64,000 bases of DNA from Eledone cirrhosa (GCA_964016885.1 OZ024741.1:32240001-32304000), one strand, 5' to 3'. Positions 27,111 through 41,559 are shown, counted from the stretch's first letter. The notes: a model not told the origin generated them from the letters alone. Translations and numbers: made by a program.

Positions 27111-28371
27111 TATATATATATATATATGTATAACATATAACATATAACGTTCAGCTGTAGAAAGGGATAGAGGGCGATAGAGACTGTCAGAGAAACAGAC
27201 AGACATTAAGGTAGAAAGAGAGTGTATCGTAAAGATGTTGTGAAATACAGAATGAGCGAATGAGGTAATAAGTGAAAACATTTCAAAGAATAAAATAAAT
27301 ATAAGCAGAGGGGAAAACTGCGTGTGTGTCTGTCTGTGAGTGTGTGTGTGTGTCTGTGAGTGTTTGTGTCTGTAAGTGTGTGTGTCTGTGAGTGTGTGTG
27401 TGAGTGTCTGTCAGTGTGTGTGTGTGTGTGAGAGAGAATGAGAGAAAATTATTTGTATAACTATGCACCTGTCAAATGTAAAATGTTCAAGAACATAGAT
27501 AACATCATCAAGCCGACATATTTGAAAATCAGATCTGACCTTTAAAGTGGAGGTTAGCATTTTGAAATACAACATTGTAGAAAATAAGTGGAAGACAAAA
27601 TATATATTAGTTTGCCGTTTAGTTCTAGCCTCATTTCAGCTCGCCTCGTTAGAGTTTTCAACTTTTACATGGAAGGAAGGTGCAGGTGGAGAGAGGGAAG
27701 TACACTTCGTCGGTAAATTTACCAAATGATGCGTAAAACTAACGAAATTGGGAAGAGTGGATGTGTCTACTCTCAACGTGTGTCTATAGGTTGACCAGTC
27801 AATGAGAGGTTGGACAAACTACTCGTCATTGATGGTCAGGGTAAATGTGGAACTGTGAGGTTCCTCAATTGGACCTAGGTATTTAGTTCTCTCTACAACG
27901 AGGAAATAGTCTTTCCACCTCTCCTAATATCTACCACTGTGAAGGCCGCTGCCTCCATCGCAATTACTTTAAGTAGAGGCAAAAGGAACACCCCGAACAC
28001 CGCTATCCCACCAGTGCAAAAGCTGAAACATAAAACAAGAATAAAACTAGCACAGATCAATACCTTCACAGCAATAACAACATCATGAACAATAGCAACA
28101 ACGATAACAATAACAACAAATATAACAATACATTTGCAGCAACAGCTGCCAAAATTACCAAACCTGTTTTTTACGTACGTTGCTGAAAAGGATAGATGAT
28201 TGGCTCAAGTAGCGAAACTGAAACAATTGGAAACATCCTGGACTGCCGTAGCGATGACCATCTCTCATCCCGAGAAATTGACAGAAACGCACAGGAATAT
28301 GTTCACGTACAAATGCTTATCCACAGACACGAGTTGGCCGGAGCCAACCAATCAAGCAGTCGTCGAAGGAA

Positions 28372-28553
28372 ATATTTGTTTCTACTTTTGGCACAAGGCC
28401 AGCAATTACCCCAGTGTATTACTGGTACTTTATTTTATCGACCCCGTAAGGATGAAAGGTAAAGTTAACCTCAACGGGATTTGAACTAAGAATGGCAAGT
28501 GCCGTAACTCTATGCGTCAAAGCATGGCGTCCTACCCTCTAATCCACCGCCCT
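28372..28553 (-). mobile_element. SINE family 1
   Basis: Reverse complement of family consensus. Confidence 0.85.
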
Positions 28554-28598
28554 TGGTATTCTCTTCACTTCTAACATAACTTCCAATTTATTAATTGA

Positions 28599-29145
28599 CT
28601 AGCTGAGGTACCCAGCTTTGCCAAGGTTAACAAATGATAAGACAAGACCGGCAGAAGAGAAAACGTCTGTATTGAATGTATTCTCTTGTTTACAGTGTGT
28701 GTGTATTGTGTGAGTGTGTGTGTGTTCGTGTGTGTGTATATATATATGTGTGTGTGTATGTGTATATATATATGTGTGTGTGTGTGTGCCTGTGTTAGTG
28801 TTCGTGTGTGTGCGTGTGTGTGTGCGTGTGCGTGTGTGTTTGTGGGTGTGTGTGTAAACCACCGTTAAAATCGGAGACATAGGCCGCGAAACACGATCAT
28901 CACAGACAACGAACTCGCAGAGAAAATCCCTTATGGTTGATTCCCAACCTGCTAGAAATGGCAATCAGGTTAGTTAGCATACGTGGTATGTCTTTCTTCT
29001 TCTTTGGTGTTATCAAATTAGTATCAATAAACTTTCCTGGATATACTCTCATCCCAATCCTGTACATAGTTTCCTATTGTCACTTCGTTTTTTTTCGTGT
29101 GATACGCGAAGGAACCAACCAACAAACATCTCTCATTTATATCTC
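28599..29145 (-). mobile_element. Probable non-autonomous Helitron
   Basis: CTAG end preceded on minus by hairpin cttggc-aaa-gctggg; internal (TG)n. Confidence 0.45.
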
Positions 29146-30621
29146 TTTTATTTGTTCATTCAAAATATTTTTCAGCTAATTCTGCCGTACAATATACATC
29201 AGCAATCGTTATCTAATGTTTAAAACATATGAATAGCTGCGATATATGCACCATATCAATCAAAAATGATATGAGAATTGAATACCATACTAAAGCGCCA
29301 GTAAGCTTGCTAAGAACCTGCAGATAGAAATGTTAATAAATACAACATTTGGCTTGGGTAAACTTTAAGATGTTCTTTCATTTTATGTTTCTTTTCTCAG
29401 CCAGTACGTTAAAGAAAATTGATAGTTACAACAATAAAGGTTGAACAGAGAACACATTGTTTAACAAACTTTACAATAATTTGTACAACCATAATGGAAA
29501 TTCCAAGTAACAGAAAATACATAAATTACATTGTTAGAGCCTCAGAGTATACAATATCTTTTGTTCGGCCCTCAGGAGCAAAGATGAAGAGATTGTTTGG
29601 AGAGCTCACCATAGAATTGACCATGGTTTTCCCAGATGAAGGCCAGCCACTTTTAGGGTTTGACCCTGAGCTTTGTTGATAGTAATCGCGAAGCTTAGTC
29701 TCTCTGTTGCTCTAGTAACATTTTTTATCCTGGAAAATCTGATCTTGCGGCCAGGCTAGGAATTTTTGGGTGGCATATCGGCAGTAACAATGACGATAAG
29801 CCGTCTGTGCTTTCGGGAAATAAATACGTTTGTTTATATTTTGTTTTTGTTTATACAAAAATATCTGTACACGAATATATAATTATATATATACATATAT
29901 TAAAATAACAGATTAAAGTTTAAGCAAAAAATCGCTGCTTTCACCCTTAACGGGATCTTCTGAAACTAAAAAAATCAATCTGTGAACGCAGAAGTAAATA
30001 TTTCGAAAAGCGTTGCAACCGAAAGAAAACAGGAAGATGATACTTTGGTTTGTGAAAACGTTACGAATGTCGTATAACCGGAAGTGTTGACAATTGAAAA
30101 TTTTAAAGAATCGAATATTTAAATAATGTCTTTAATCTTTTAAAAAGATTCCGTAGACAAAAATACCCTCACTTATTTACTTGGAACAAGTTACATCTCT
30201 GGTGCAAATTTGGTGCTGTTTGGTCCAGCCGTTTGGCGGAAAGTTTGTTGCCTACATACGGCCGTCAGCTTTATAGTATAGATTAATTTAACCAATACAT
30301 ATATGTATATATTTAATATTTTCATGTTTATATCATCACATATTTATATTATAACCACCAACACCACAACTATTTTCAACAATCATATTATTTTCACTTT
30401 TCTTCGCACACATACATATTTTTATTTATTTTTTATCATCTTCATTATAACTTATTAATTATTATTTATTTATTAATTATTTTTATTTTTCTTTATCTTT
30501 TTTTCTTTTTTCTTCTTTCTTTTTCTCTCTATCTTTTTTTTCTTTTCTTTTTCTTTCTTCATTACTGATGTTGGGATTTGAATTTCTCTAATATATCACA
30601 AACGCCGTGTATAATTTTAAT

Positions 30622-30734
30622 CAGTTTTTCTGATGATTTGGTTAAGCATACATTGTATTTAAAATTGAGTGACACAACTTCAAGTGATTAGCAATTTTTA
30701 GACAACTTAATCAATGAAACAATTGTTAATACTG
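30622..30734 (+). ncRNA. Hammerhead ribozyme with long stem II
   Basis: cagttttt-CTGATGA-t-ttggttaag..aaaattg..caatttt..cttaatcaa-t-GAAA-CAATTG-TT-aatactg, following a T-rich UTR-like tract. Confidence 0.7.
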
Positions 30735-31211
30735 TATATAAAACCCTTTTTGTACTGTTGACCATGTTATTCTTCACTCTTTCGCTATTATTACTCCAAG
30801 ATTAACTTGCATAGGAATTCCCGAGAACTGACAAACTCGCTACGTAAGGAACCCTCTTGTTGAGTTAAACAACGTCGTACGCTAAAACTATCCACAATAC
30901 GGAGTATTCACAACCTCTAACTGGATTACCTATGACGATTATTTGTTATCCCATATATATATATGATGGACTCTCACGTCGATTCAACGTATGAGGGTTC
31001 AACGATCTTTTCAGTTCGTTGTTTTATGTTTAGGCCCCAAATAACACTTCAATCCAGCTGCTGATTTACACATCAATCCGCATTTGGTGCAGGTGACAGG
31101 ATCTCGAACATAGCAGAGTGGGATGTCTGACTGGACTTTGGTGTTAGATCTTATCTCACAGAGTTGGGCTAAACGAGTTTTCTCAATATATATATATATA
31201 TATATATATAC

Positions 31212-31398
31212 GTTATTCCGGGTTGAATCGGAGGTAACCACCGTAAGTAAGGTACTCAATACATGGCAGAGTATAACAGTTTTAATATAGAAGAGATTCT
31301 ACAGGACTAGAACTGTTTCATTCATTAGAAATCATCAGGAATGAGATTCCTGATGATTTCTAATGAATGAAACAGTTCTAGTCCTGTAGAATCTCTTC

Positions 31399-31403
<5 letters not shown>
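31212..31403. mobile_element. Foldback insert made of two head-to-head HHRs plus a tail
   Basis: Perfect palindrome 31285-31403 with a 3-nt centre. Confidence 0.85.
31343..31395 (+). ncRNA. Type I hammerhead ribozyme (mirror copy on minus, ~31296-31342)
   Basis: gagattc-CTGATGA-t-ttc-taat-gaa-t-GAAA-cag..ctg-TA-gaatctc. Confidence 0.85.
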
Positions 31404-31472
<69 letters not shown>

Positions 31473-31473
<1 letters not shown>

Positions 31474-32063
31474 TAGACCATCCGTCACCCGTCGGGTGAC
31501 CCTCACTTCAAAATATTTTTAAAAAATCATGTTCACTTAAAATGAATTTTTAAATAATGAAAATATACACATACATGTATATAATGTGAAATGAAACTGG
31601 AAGGCCCATATATATATACCTGTGTGTATGTATATATATATATAACTGTGTGTATGTAAACACATATATATATGTATGTGTGTGTATATATATATCTATA
31701 TACACACACATTCACATATTTATATACACAGCAACACTACCTGCTCTCTCTCTCTCTCTCTCTTTTTTCTTCTCTCTGTCTCCCCTCCCTATCTCAATAT
31801 TTCTCTTTCAATCTACTCTCTGACAACCATTATCTCTTTCTCTCTATCCTTTTCTCTCTCTGTTTATGAAGGTACCCGGAAAAAACCCATATCTCTGGAC
31901 ACGTGGTCCGATTTACGCGAAACTTGTTTTATTCCATTTGTATCCCCATTTCAAGGTTAACTTTCTTTGAAAGTATTTTCACCTTATGCGCCCTTTTGTT
32001 TGTATTACATTACAGACGAGCAAGCAAGCAGACAGGCCATCACAGAGTTGTAGTATCATATTA
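31473..32063 (-). mobile_element. Non-autonomous Helitron H, uninterrupted copy
   Basis: Minus strand ends gtcaccc-gac-gggtgac hairpin then CTAG^T; internal microsatellites. Confidence 0.7.
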
Positions 32064-32201
32064 GACCACCAGTGACCCTTTGCGGTCACGTTCACTTCAA
32101 AATATTAAAAAAAATAATTTGTAAATAATTAAAATATACACTGACATATATATAATGTGAAATGAAACTGGAAGGCCCATATATATATACGTTTGTGTAT
32201 G

Positions 32202-32280
<79 letters not shown>

Positions 32281-32328
32281 ATGAAATGACAGGAGGCTGG
32301 ATTTGTGTAAATCCTTGAAAGGTTTATT

Positions 32329-32386
32329 ATACTATGATCATTTCAATGACCGGGTTCCGTATGAATCCGGTGATATCATCAGGTAT
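32329..32386 (-). ncRNA. Hammerhead ribozyme, left arm
   Basis: Mirror of 34851-34908. Confidence 0.75.
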
Positions 32387-34850
32387 TCGAAATATAATAC
32401 GTGAATGTAATAGGTAAAATCCATGGGGCTGAAAATCGAGACCCGAGGGCGACCGCTATTCTGTTCCTTCAACCTCAGCCGGTCGCCCTGGAGTGACGTG
32501 GCTAAATTTTATAGTATGCTACTACCGGTCAGATGAACGAAAACAGAAAGAGATGGGAGCATAGGTTAACGTCGATCCCATGACACAAGGTAAAAGAAAG
32601 AAAGAAAGGAAGGAGAAGAAGGGGGAAGAAAGAAGAAGAGAAGTCAGGGTTAATGTCAGCTAAAAGAGGAAGGTAACTACTACTGGTCAGATATAGGCAA
32701 GCAAGAGGGGGAAGGAAGATAAGTCTGCGGGAGGAGGAGGGGAGAGAAGGAAGGGAAGAGAGAAGTAGAAAAGTAAGGGTTGATGGCTACAAGAAGGAAG
32801 ATAGAAAGGAAGAGGAAGAAATGTCGATATTAATGTCAGACCACAGTCAAGCCAGGAGTGGCGCGAGAAAATTTTCACAGGGACCCGCATCTTAGCGGAG
32901 ATGAATATATTGGGAGTCAGTGTTTTACAGTGTTTAGACTTCTAGGATGAAGTTAAACAAATTTAATAATCAAGATTCAATATTAAAGAGGTTAGAAAAT
33001 TTAAAGTTCAACAGTTTAACAATTAATTATATAATAGTTCCGATTTGTTCTGTAATTTAAAGGTACTATTTGGCGGTTAAAACAACGGCCGCGCCCCGGG
33101 CCCCATGGCGAATTAAGCCACGCCGAGTATTTTCATTTACTGAAAGAAGGGGAAATTTATTTTTCCAAGCATTGGGACCTGTACCCATTAGCACACGACA
33201 CTAGAATGTCTCCTCCTGAGAACAAAAATTAAACATTACACGACTATATCCCGTACTCTACATCCCACTAGGATAAATTACAGATCTACATAATACAATT
33301 AACGTTTCTTCATAAAAGACTATTTAATTAAACCCCGCAACCCAAAACCTCATAGAAGTTATTTGAATGTCTAATCTTCAATTTTCTGTTTGTTCAATTC
33401 TCAATCCTCTTACTCCTTAGTTTCATAATGTTATTCTGAATTCTTTCAACTTCATCCGATAGAGTTAAGCAAAATTCTAAAGTTCCAACTTTCTGTCGGA
33501 CCGTTGGGTGGGTTTTAGCGGCGGCGCGACCAGCTCCCTGGCGAACGGGCTCACCTGGAGTGCTTGGAAAAATAAATTCCCCTTCTTTCAGTAAATGAAA
33601 ATACTCGGCGTGGCTTAATTAGCCATGGGGCCCGGGGCGCGGCCGGTGTTTTAACCGCCAAATAGTACCTTTAAATTACAGAACAAATCGGAACTATTAT
33701 ATATATCAACCTGAAACTGTTGAGCTTTAAATTTTCTAACCTCTTTAATATGGATTATTAATTTATTAATTTTTTAACTTCATCCTATAAGTCTAAACAT
33801 TGTAACACACTGACCCCCAATATATTCACCTCTGCTAAGATGCGAGTCCCTGTGAAAATTTTGTCGCGCCACTCCTGGCCCGACTGTGGTGTGACATTAA
33901 TATCGACCTTCCTTCCTCTCTCTTTCTATCTTCCTTCTTGTAGCTATCAACCATTACTCTTTTACTTCTCTAAGCTAAATTTTAAAGTTCCAACTTTCTG
34001 TCGGACTGTTGGGTGGGTTTTAATGGCGGCGCGACCAGCTCCCTGGCGAACGAGCTCACCTGGAGTGCTTGGAAAAATAAATTTCCCCTTCTTTCAGTAA
34101 ATGAAAATACTCGGCGTGGCTTAATTCGCCATGGGGCCTGGGGCGCGGCCGTTGTTTTAACCGCCAAATAGTACCTTTAAATTACAGAACAAATCGGAAC
34201 TATTATATAATTAATTGTTAAACTGTTGAACTTTAAATTTTCTAACCTCTTTAATATTGAATCTTGATTATTAAATTTGTTTAACTTCATCCTAGAAGTC
34301 TAAACACTGTAAAACACTGACTCCCAATATATTCATCTCCGCTAAGATGCGGGTCCCTGTGAAAATTTTCTCGCGCCACTCCTGGCTTGACTGTGGTCTG
34401 ACATTAATATCGACATTTCTTCCTCTTCCTTTCTATCTTCCTTCTTGTAGCCATCAACCCTTACTTTTCTACTTCTCTCTTCCCTTCCTTCTCTCCCCTC
34501 CTCCTCCCGCAGACTTATCTTCCTTCCCCCTCTTGCTTGCCTATATCTGACCAGTAGTAGTTACCTTCCTCTTTTAGCTGACATTAACCCTGACTTCTCT
34601 TCTTCTTTCTTCCCCCTTCTTCTCCTTCCTTTCTTTCTTTCTTTTACCTTGTGTCATGGGATCGACGTTAACCTATGCTCCCATCTCTTTCTGTTTTCGT
34701 TCATCTGACCGGTAGTAGCATACTATAAAATTTAGCCACGTCACTCCAGGGCGACCGGCTGAGGTTGAAGGAACAGAATAGCGGTCGCCCTCGGGTCTCG
34801 ATTTTCAGCCCCATGGATTTTACCTATTACATTCACGTATTATATTTCGA

Positions 34851-34908
34851 ATACCTGATGATATCACCGGATTCATACGGAACCCGGTCATTGAAATGAT
34901 CATAGTAT
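34851..34908 (+). ncRNA. Hammerhead ribozyme, right arm
   Basis: atac-CTGATGA-t..accgg..ccggt..t-GAAA-TGATCA-TA-gtat. Confidence 0.75.
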
Positions 34909-35107
34909 AATAAACCTTTCAAGGATTTACACAAATCCAGCCTCCTGTCATTTCATTATAATATTTAACTCCGTAATAGCACCACCAACTACAAAAACAG
35001 ATACGGTTGAACTGCTTTACGTTGAGTACTCTCTATATTATTGCATTACGATTGACCATACGGAATAGACCAGCTCTATACAGTGGTGAACCTCAAACCT
35101 GAATAAA

Positions 35108-35194
<87 letters not shown>

Positions 35195-35200
<6 letters not shown>

Positions 35201-35520
35201 TATAAGATCAAAAGATTGTTAAAAGAGTTCCATGTATTTTATTATGCGCATTTCAAAAACAAATATCATCATGCAATAACATTTGTGTTTTCATCAGATA
35301 AAATAGGAAGACATGTTATTATTAAATTATAAATATATAAATTACTTTTCATATGTTGATTTAAAACTGCACTATTCACAAGTGTTTTTTAACCTTCATA
35401 TCATGTCTCCCTATTTTATCTGACGAAAACGCAAATGTCATCGCATGATGATATTTGTTTTTGAAATGCGCATAATATAATACATGGAACTCTTTTAACC
35501 ATCTTTTAATGTTATATATA
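35195..35520. mobile_element. Head-to-head pair of Naiad pLTR ends
   Basis: 35343-35515 matches 10319-10492; 35200-35315 is its reverse complement; HHRs at 35235-35305 (-) and 35412-35482 (+). Confidence 0.9.
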
Positions 35521-35604
35521 ATTTTAATCCAGTCCTACAAACTGTAGAGTGCTACTTATCCGAATTCTGCATTGCTTTATTGTACTACAATAAAACTCAC
35601 CTCC

Positions 35605-35705
<101 letters not shown>

Positions 35706-36998
35706 GTGTGGGTGTCTGTGATCTACATACACTGGTCATAGACACACACACATAATCGCACGCATATATATACACACACTCACATACACAACAACACCAC
35801 CAGTTCTCTTCCATTCTCCTTCTCTGTCTCCTCTCCCTCTCTCTATGTCTCTCTTTCAAACCACAAAATATATCTCTTCCTGTCTATCTTTCTCTCTCTT
35901 TGTTTATGAAGGTACCCGGAAAACCCCATATCTCGGAATCCCATGGTCCGATTTACGAGAAACCTATTTTATTCCATTTGTATCCCCATTTCAAGGTCAA
36001 CATCCTTTCAAAGTATTTTCCCATTATGTGCCCTTTCGGCTGTATTACATCACAGACAAGCAAGAAAGCAAACAATCACAGGCTTTTAGCCTTATATAGA
36101 TATAGATATATATATATTCTTTTTTTATTCTTTTATTGGATTAAGTCATTAGACTGCGGCTATGCTGGGGCGTTACATTGAAATTTATATATTTATATAT
36201 ATGCATGTGTGTGTGTGCCTGTGAGTATGTGCGTGCGAATATGTATGTGTATGGTGGGTTTTTCTGTATGTGCACGCGCGCGGGTGTGTGTGCTCTGAAA
36301 TAGCATCATTGATCAGTATACAGATTGCGAGGACACTTTTGACATTCGGTTGTCATCATTATCATCTTACTGAAATTGGTGCTGCCTGTCATTTTAGTGC
36401 CACTCTAGACATTCTGGTAGTAAGCAACCATCATTGATCTCTTTCATCTGACATACGAAGAACCATGCCAGTATTAAGTAGCAAATAAAAAATAAATAGA
36501 ACAGCGTTTATGTGTTCTTAAATTACTAAAATGTCTCTTTTCACGATGTAATCTTTATATAAATGCTGTAACCGTGTTATTCATGGTTCCATAAAACAAG
36601 ACGATAACCTTGCCATTAGTCAAGCGCTAACCTGTTTTTTATAGAGAGCTACCGACACTCATAGAGAATAACAAAAAGTATCTGACTCTTACCCAAGTTG
36701 ATGAAGGCTGGAATATTTGTGCATCAAACAATTTGTAAAGAACACATAAGAACATATGAAAAATGACAACACACTCTCACAGACACATAGACACACGCAC
36801 ACAGACACAGATACACACACACATACACACACACATACACACACACTCACACACACACACATACACACATACACATACACACACACCTAACAGTTTTGCA
36901 AGAGTTGCCAACATGAATGGACCTGTTATTTTTATCTAAAGACATTTTTCCCAATTCCAACCCACCCGTCCCTTCAATCTATCTTATTTCTCATTCTT

Positions 36999-37034
36999 TC
37001 TTCTGATGAAGGACTAGCGTCTGAAACATTAAGA
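36999..37034 (+). ncRNA. Minimal hammerhead motif
   Basis: tctt-CTGATGA-a-ggac-tagc-gtct-GAAA-CA-TT-aaga. Confidence 0.6.
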
Positions 37035-37118
37035 CCCTCTTCCTACTATATCAAGCGTTAACCTAATACATACCTTCCATGTACTGTACCGATTGTGTTG
37101 TTATTTCTGTTTACCTTT

Positions 37119-37162
<44 letters not shown>

Positions 37163-39809
37163 TATACATTGACGAGGATATAGAGAATACTCACTACAAT
37201 CCTGTTTTCCCACAATTACTCACTCAATGAAATATGATTTGAACGTGTATCAAGCAGAACGTCTTTCAGAGTGCTAACCAAGTATATGTTAGTAATGTGG
37301 TGGTTACACTGGCTTGTCCGGACCCCAGTATTTCTGTTAATACTGTAAGCTTCCATAACTGCAATATGCAACTTGCTCAATACAGTGGCTGCACAATGCT
37401 AGCAGAATCAAGCACTAACTTCCTCCGGAGACATTTTTATTATGGAGAAATAGTGAAGCCATTCGTTCCCAGTGAGCGTAAGAAAATTACTGTTAGAATA
37501 TGTTGTCTGTAGCAACTAGTGACGTCGTCTCTGTCTCCCACTATTGGATAGTGCTAAATGGCGGTAAAATGTCAACATAAAATATATTTCGAATATACAG
37601 CCATGATTTAGATTATATATATATACACGAGGTAGTAGATGGATAGATCGATAGATAGATAGACAAATAGATAGATAGATTGATAGATAAATAGATAGAT
37701 AGATATCTTTCTTTATTTGCCACGGGGGTGTACAAAAATGGGACATTACAAGACGTGACGGCGGGGGTTTTACATACAAATCATATAACTTTAACATTAA
37801 TAAATAACAATAAACTATATATTTGAAATGAACTCAAATTGATCTGTCGAGGTTCATATAGTTCAACAGAGCCTACCTACAATTAAGCTTGTGACATATT
37901 TAAACATCTCAAATTATATTTACCCGTAGAATTATTTTCACTGTCTTTCGAAGACCGTTATAATATCTCGGTAACATATATGTGGTCAATTTGTTTCTTC
38001 GTCCATTCCTGATCAATTTATTTATGATAATCTAATCATATACCTTTGTTGCTGCCACGGATTGGCAAAATTATGAGTCACACATGTTCTTCTGAAAATA
38101 ATCATCTTTGCCATCAAAATATAATTTATGAAGATTCTAGTGGTCTGCAAAAACAAGAGCAGAAGCAGGTCAGAATGGTGATGGAACTCTCATTCCAAAC
38201 CAGTAAGAAATAATTGGAAACCATTCCCAACCTTATAGATCTTTAAGAGGGCTCCCAGCTGTCCGTCATGTTAGGAAGAAGAGCACGGTGTCATATTTGA
38301 TGCCACCGTGAAAGCATTCAGCCTAGAGTTGGTTGCAAGGAATAACTCTTCATCACTTTTGACAACAGCTTTTTCTATTTCGTTTCTTCTCCTTTTGGAG
38401 TGACAATTCTTATTTATGTCTCACTCGTTACAGGGCAAGTTCGCAAATGTTGAATCGAGAAGGACCCTGGCCTTTTGTACTGCCTACTGACGAGGATATT
38501 CAGTTGGTGGTGTAGGGAATGCTATTGGTGTGGATACGGCACATCGTAATGTTGTTGCAGATGGTGTTTTTGATGCTTCTGATTTCGTTAATGCTACAAT
38601 TTCTTTGGTCGCTGCTGACTGAGAGTGTTTCTTTGTTTGTTTTTATATGTTATTTGTTGGGTAGGCGCAGATATTTTGTAAACCTCCACAATCGGATTAT
38701 ATGTAGAAAACGTAGAATGCCGGATTACATATAGTGAGTGTAGAACTGCAGACTTAAGTGAAGCGAAGACTGAGAAGAGTTTCTAGTCAACTGGGGTGTC
38801 GTTAAATGCCCACGGCTCTCTACCGGTTGTCGGAAGTTCCATTTTGGCATTCTAAAGAAGATTAATGACGGGTGAAAGCGATACATTTCTCAAAGAGTGT
38901 AACGGCATCGACTACAATAAACTGGCTAGTCGGTTTGCGATCACGCGAGGTCAAGGGCCCATCGATCATTCCCAGAAATCCCTGCTACCGATTTGGTATT
39001 GCCGGTCATGTATGAACTCTACAGGTGCTGAAGTGTCATTAGTTCGGGCTATCCGAGATCCACAATGGGAAACAAAACCATCATGCGTACACTCGTGTTG
39101 GGTTCGTGAATCGTGGAAATATGTCGAACAGCTCTTATTATGATCCACCGATCAATTTAGTCCAATGTAAGTTCGCCCCTCTGTTTTCCTTTGATTTGGA
39201 AGAGCAGGTAGTTAGCATCTCGCTGGTTGCTATGACTAAAGATTCTGTGGTGTGATAGAGATTGAACGGGCCGTAGACATGCACTTTGCTCTTTGACCAA
39301 GAACTCTTCCACGTTTCATCCTTTGTGTGATTTTATTGCTATCCATGTTGTTTTGGGATTGGCTATTTCCTCTTTTCACATGTTTTCATGTTCAGACACC
39401 CTCCATCGCTCCGTACTGTCTTCGACCTTTTTTAAACCACTGTGGTTAATAAAGATATCATAATAATTATTATTAGTTAAAGTTCCCATAGCAAAACATC
39501 TTTCCTTCTATTGCTTGTATAATATAGAATACAAATATGAACAGTTGCCAGTAAACCATTGTTTTTTTACTGACTACACTAAACGAACCAAATATTTCTT
39601 TATCTCTCTCGTCTGTTTTTCTCTCTCTTTTTATTTCTCTCCCTCTTCACCCCCCTCTCTTTCTCTTTCCCATCTAACGGGTTTTTTTCTTTTCTCTCTC
39701 CGTCTGACTGGCCGTATCAGTGGCACTACCTCACTAAATTTCCTACCCAGTTTCTCACACTTCTCTCTCTCTCTATCTTTCTCTCTGTTTTTCCTTCTCT
39801 GTCTCCATA

Positions 39810-39859
<50 letters not shown>

Positions 39860-41379
39860 TCACATTCTCTCGCTCTCAGTCTTTCTTTCAACCACTCTCT
39901 CCCTCTTATGCTTTCTCACGCTCTCTCCTTCACGCCCATATTCTCTCTCCCCCTCTCTTACACACACCCATGCTCTCTCTCTCTCTCTCTCACCCTCTCT
40001 CTCTCCCCCTCTCTCTCTCTCTCCCCCCTCTCTCTCTATCGAATAGTGAGGTTAATGTAATTTTTCTTTTATTATTCCTATTTTTTTTTTCTATTTTTTC
40101 TAAGTTGCTTTTAATCTTATTATTAACATTTTGCTATCAGTTTGTCTCGTGGCAAAAGACACAAATCTGAGGAACACACACACATACATACTACACCCCA
40201 CACATAATAAAGAAATAAATGAAAACAACTACAAAGAAGAAAAATAGAAATGGATTAAATATATAAAACTAATTATATAATAAAAATATTGCTTCACAAA
40301 TGCAATTTAATTTCAGATCACACACTAAAATATAATTAAAATTAATCAGTTTTTTAAGAAAAAAATAATGATAGAAAAAAAAGTTTAATTTGCAAGTGTG
40401 TCACGTGATAGCTTGCGATTAGATCTCACCTTCCGGTTTGAAACTAACTACAAATCATGTTCATGTTATCATAGATTTTCCTTTATCTTCCATAATTCAG
40501 CGTGTTGCTGTTATTAACGCTTTATTTCACCCTTCTACGATTTCTAACTACGGTTTGGTCACAATTGTTGTTATTGTTTGTCGTAGATGACCTGACAACG
40601 AGGAAAAGGTCACTTACAGTTTAATTCGCTAAACGGAAACTTGTGGCTTGTTACAAATATGTTTCATTGTTGAAATTTTGAAGGTTTTCAAATGGGCTAG
40701 CTCTAATTTCTAGAAGAGAGGGGGGAAGACAGGGGAGTCAGGGTTGCATTTTGACCTAGTGCGGCCCGGAGTACTTCACATTTTTTTAGTGGGGGGGATC
40801 CCTCATACACAAAAAATTAGAATACACAGCAAACCCCCCAATTTCACATATCAAACTTTGCTTGGTGCAAGTAATTGAAATTGAAAAGTTAAGATCAAAG
40901 TATTAAATTTAAAAAAATTCTAACAATCCTAAAACTAAAAATCCCAGCTGAGAGCACAAATAAATTTCTACCGACGCCGCTAATGGTGCCCCACACTGCA
41001 AGGGGCCCGGTGCAATTTCCGCATTTGCCTCCCACCTCCCATTAAACCTGGCCTGGCAAGGAACTCCCTACCTCTCGAACCCATCGTTTCTAAAGAGAAA
41101 GCTACTAAATTTACCTTCACCTCACTCACAAACAACGATATGTAAAACAAACAAACTGTGGAATGGACCGCGTTGAGGTTTCGATGATGAAATGTCCCAA
41201 TTGTTCGATCAACGTAAAAACTGCTCATGAAATGAACTTCAAAGTGACAGGGCATTTCGCAGACGCGTGTATCAATAAGGTAATCCCCAGGAATTTTCAG
41301 CAGGACGCATTTGAATTACATGTACAGTCCATCTGGCGGACTTCCACACATGTTCCGTCTATCAGTTTCACGCATAATG

Positions 41380-41530
41380 CGAATGGATTAGTCCTTAGAT
41401 CATTGGGCTTGCAATCGAAAGGTTGTGAATTCAATTCTCGGACCGGGTGATGTGTTGTTTCCTTGAGCAAGACACTTTATTTCACGTTGCTACAGTTTAC
41501 TCAGCTGTAGAAATGAGATTATAGGACTGG
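41380..41530 (+). mobile_element. tRNA-derived SINE family 2 (CORE/V-like central domain)
   Basis: ttcaattctcggac..gtgttgtttccttgagcaagacactttatttcacgttgct. Confidence 0.7.
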
Positions 41531-41559
41531 GGTATTGCACAGTTTTGGAGTGATATTAT

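Larger units (their letters stand above)
32277..35110. mobile_element. Large PLE-type foldback: 895-bp arms, internal ~500-bp tandem duplication, ~150-bp tail
   Basis: 32277-33171 is the reverse complement of 34066-34960 (identical 67-aa ORF-track peptides); ~33478-33970 matches ~33984-34458. Confidence 0.9.

Noticed and set aside
33490-33560. HDV-like ribozyme suggested by GGCGAAcGGG
   Set aside because: Could not build the nested double pseudoknot, and the second copy disrupts the pairing
38480-39420. Higher-GC segment, possibly a LINE ORF1 remnant
   Set aside because: No readable conserved motif
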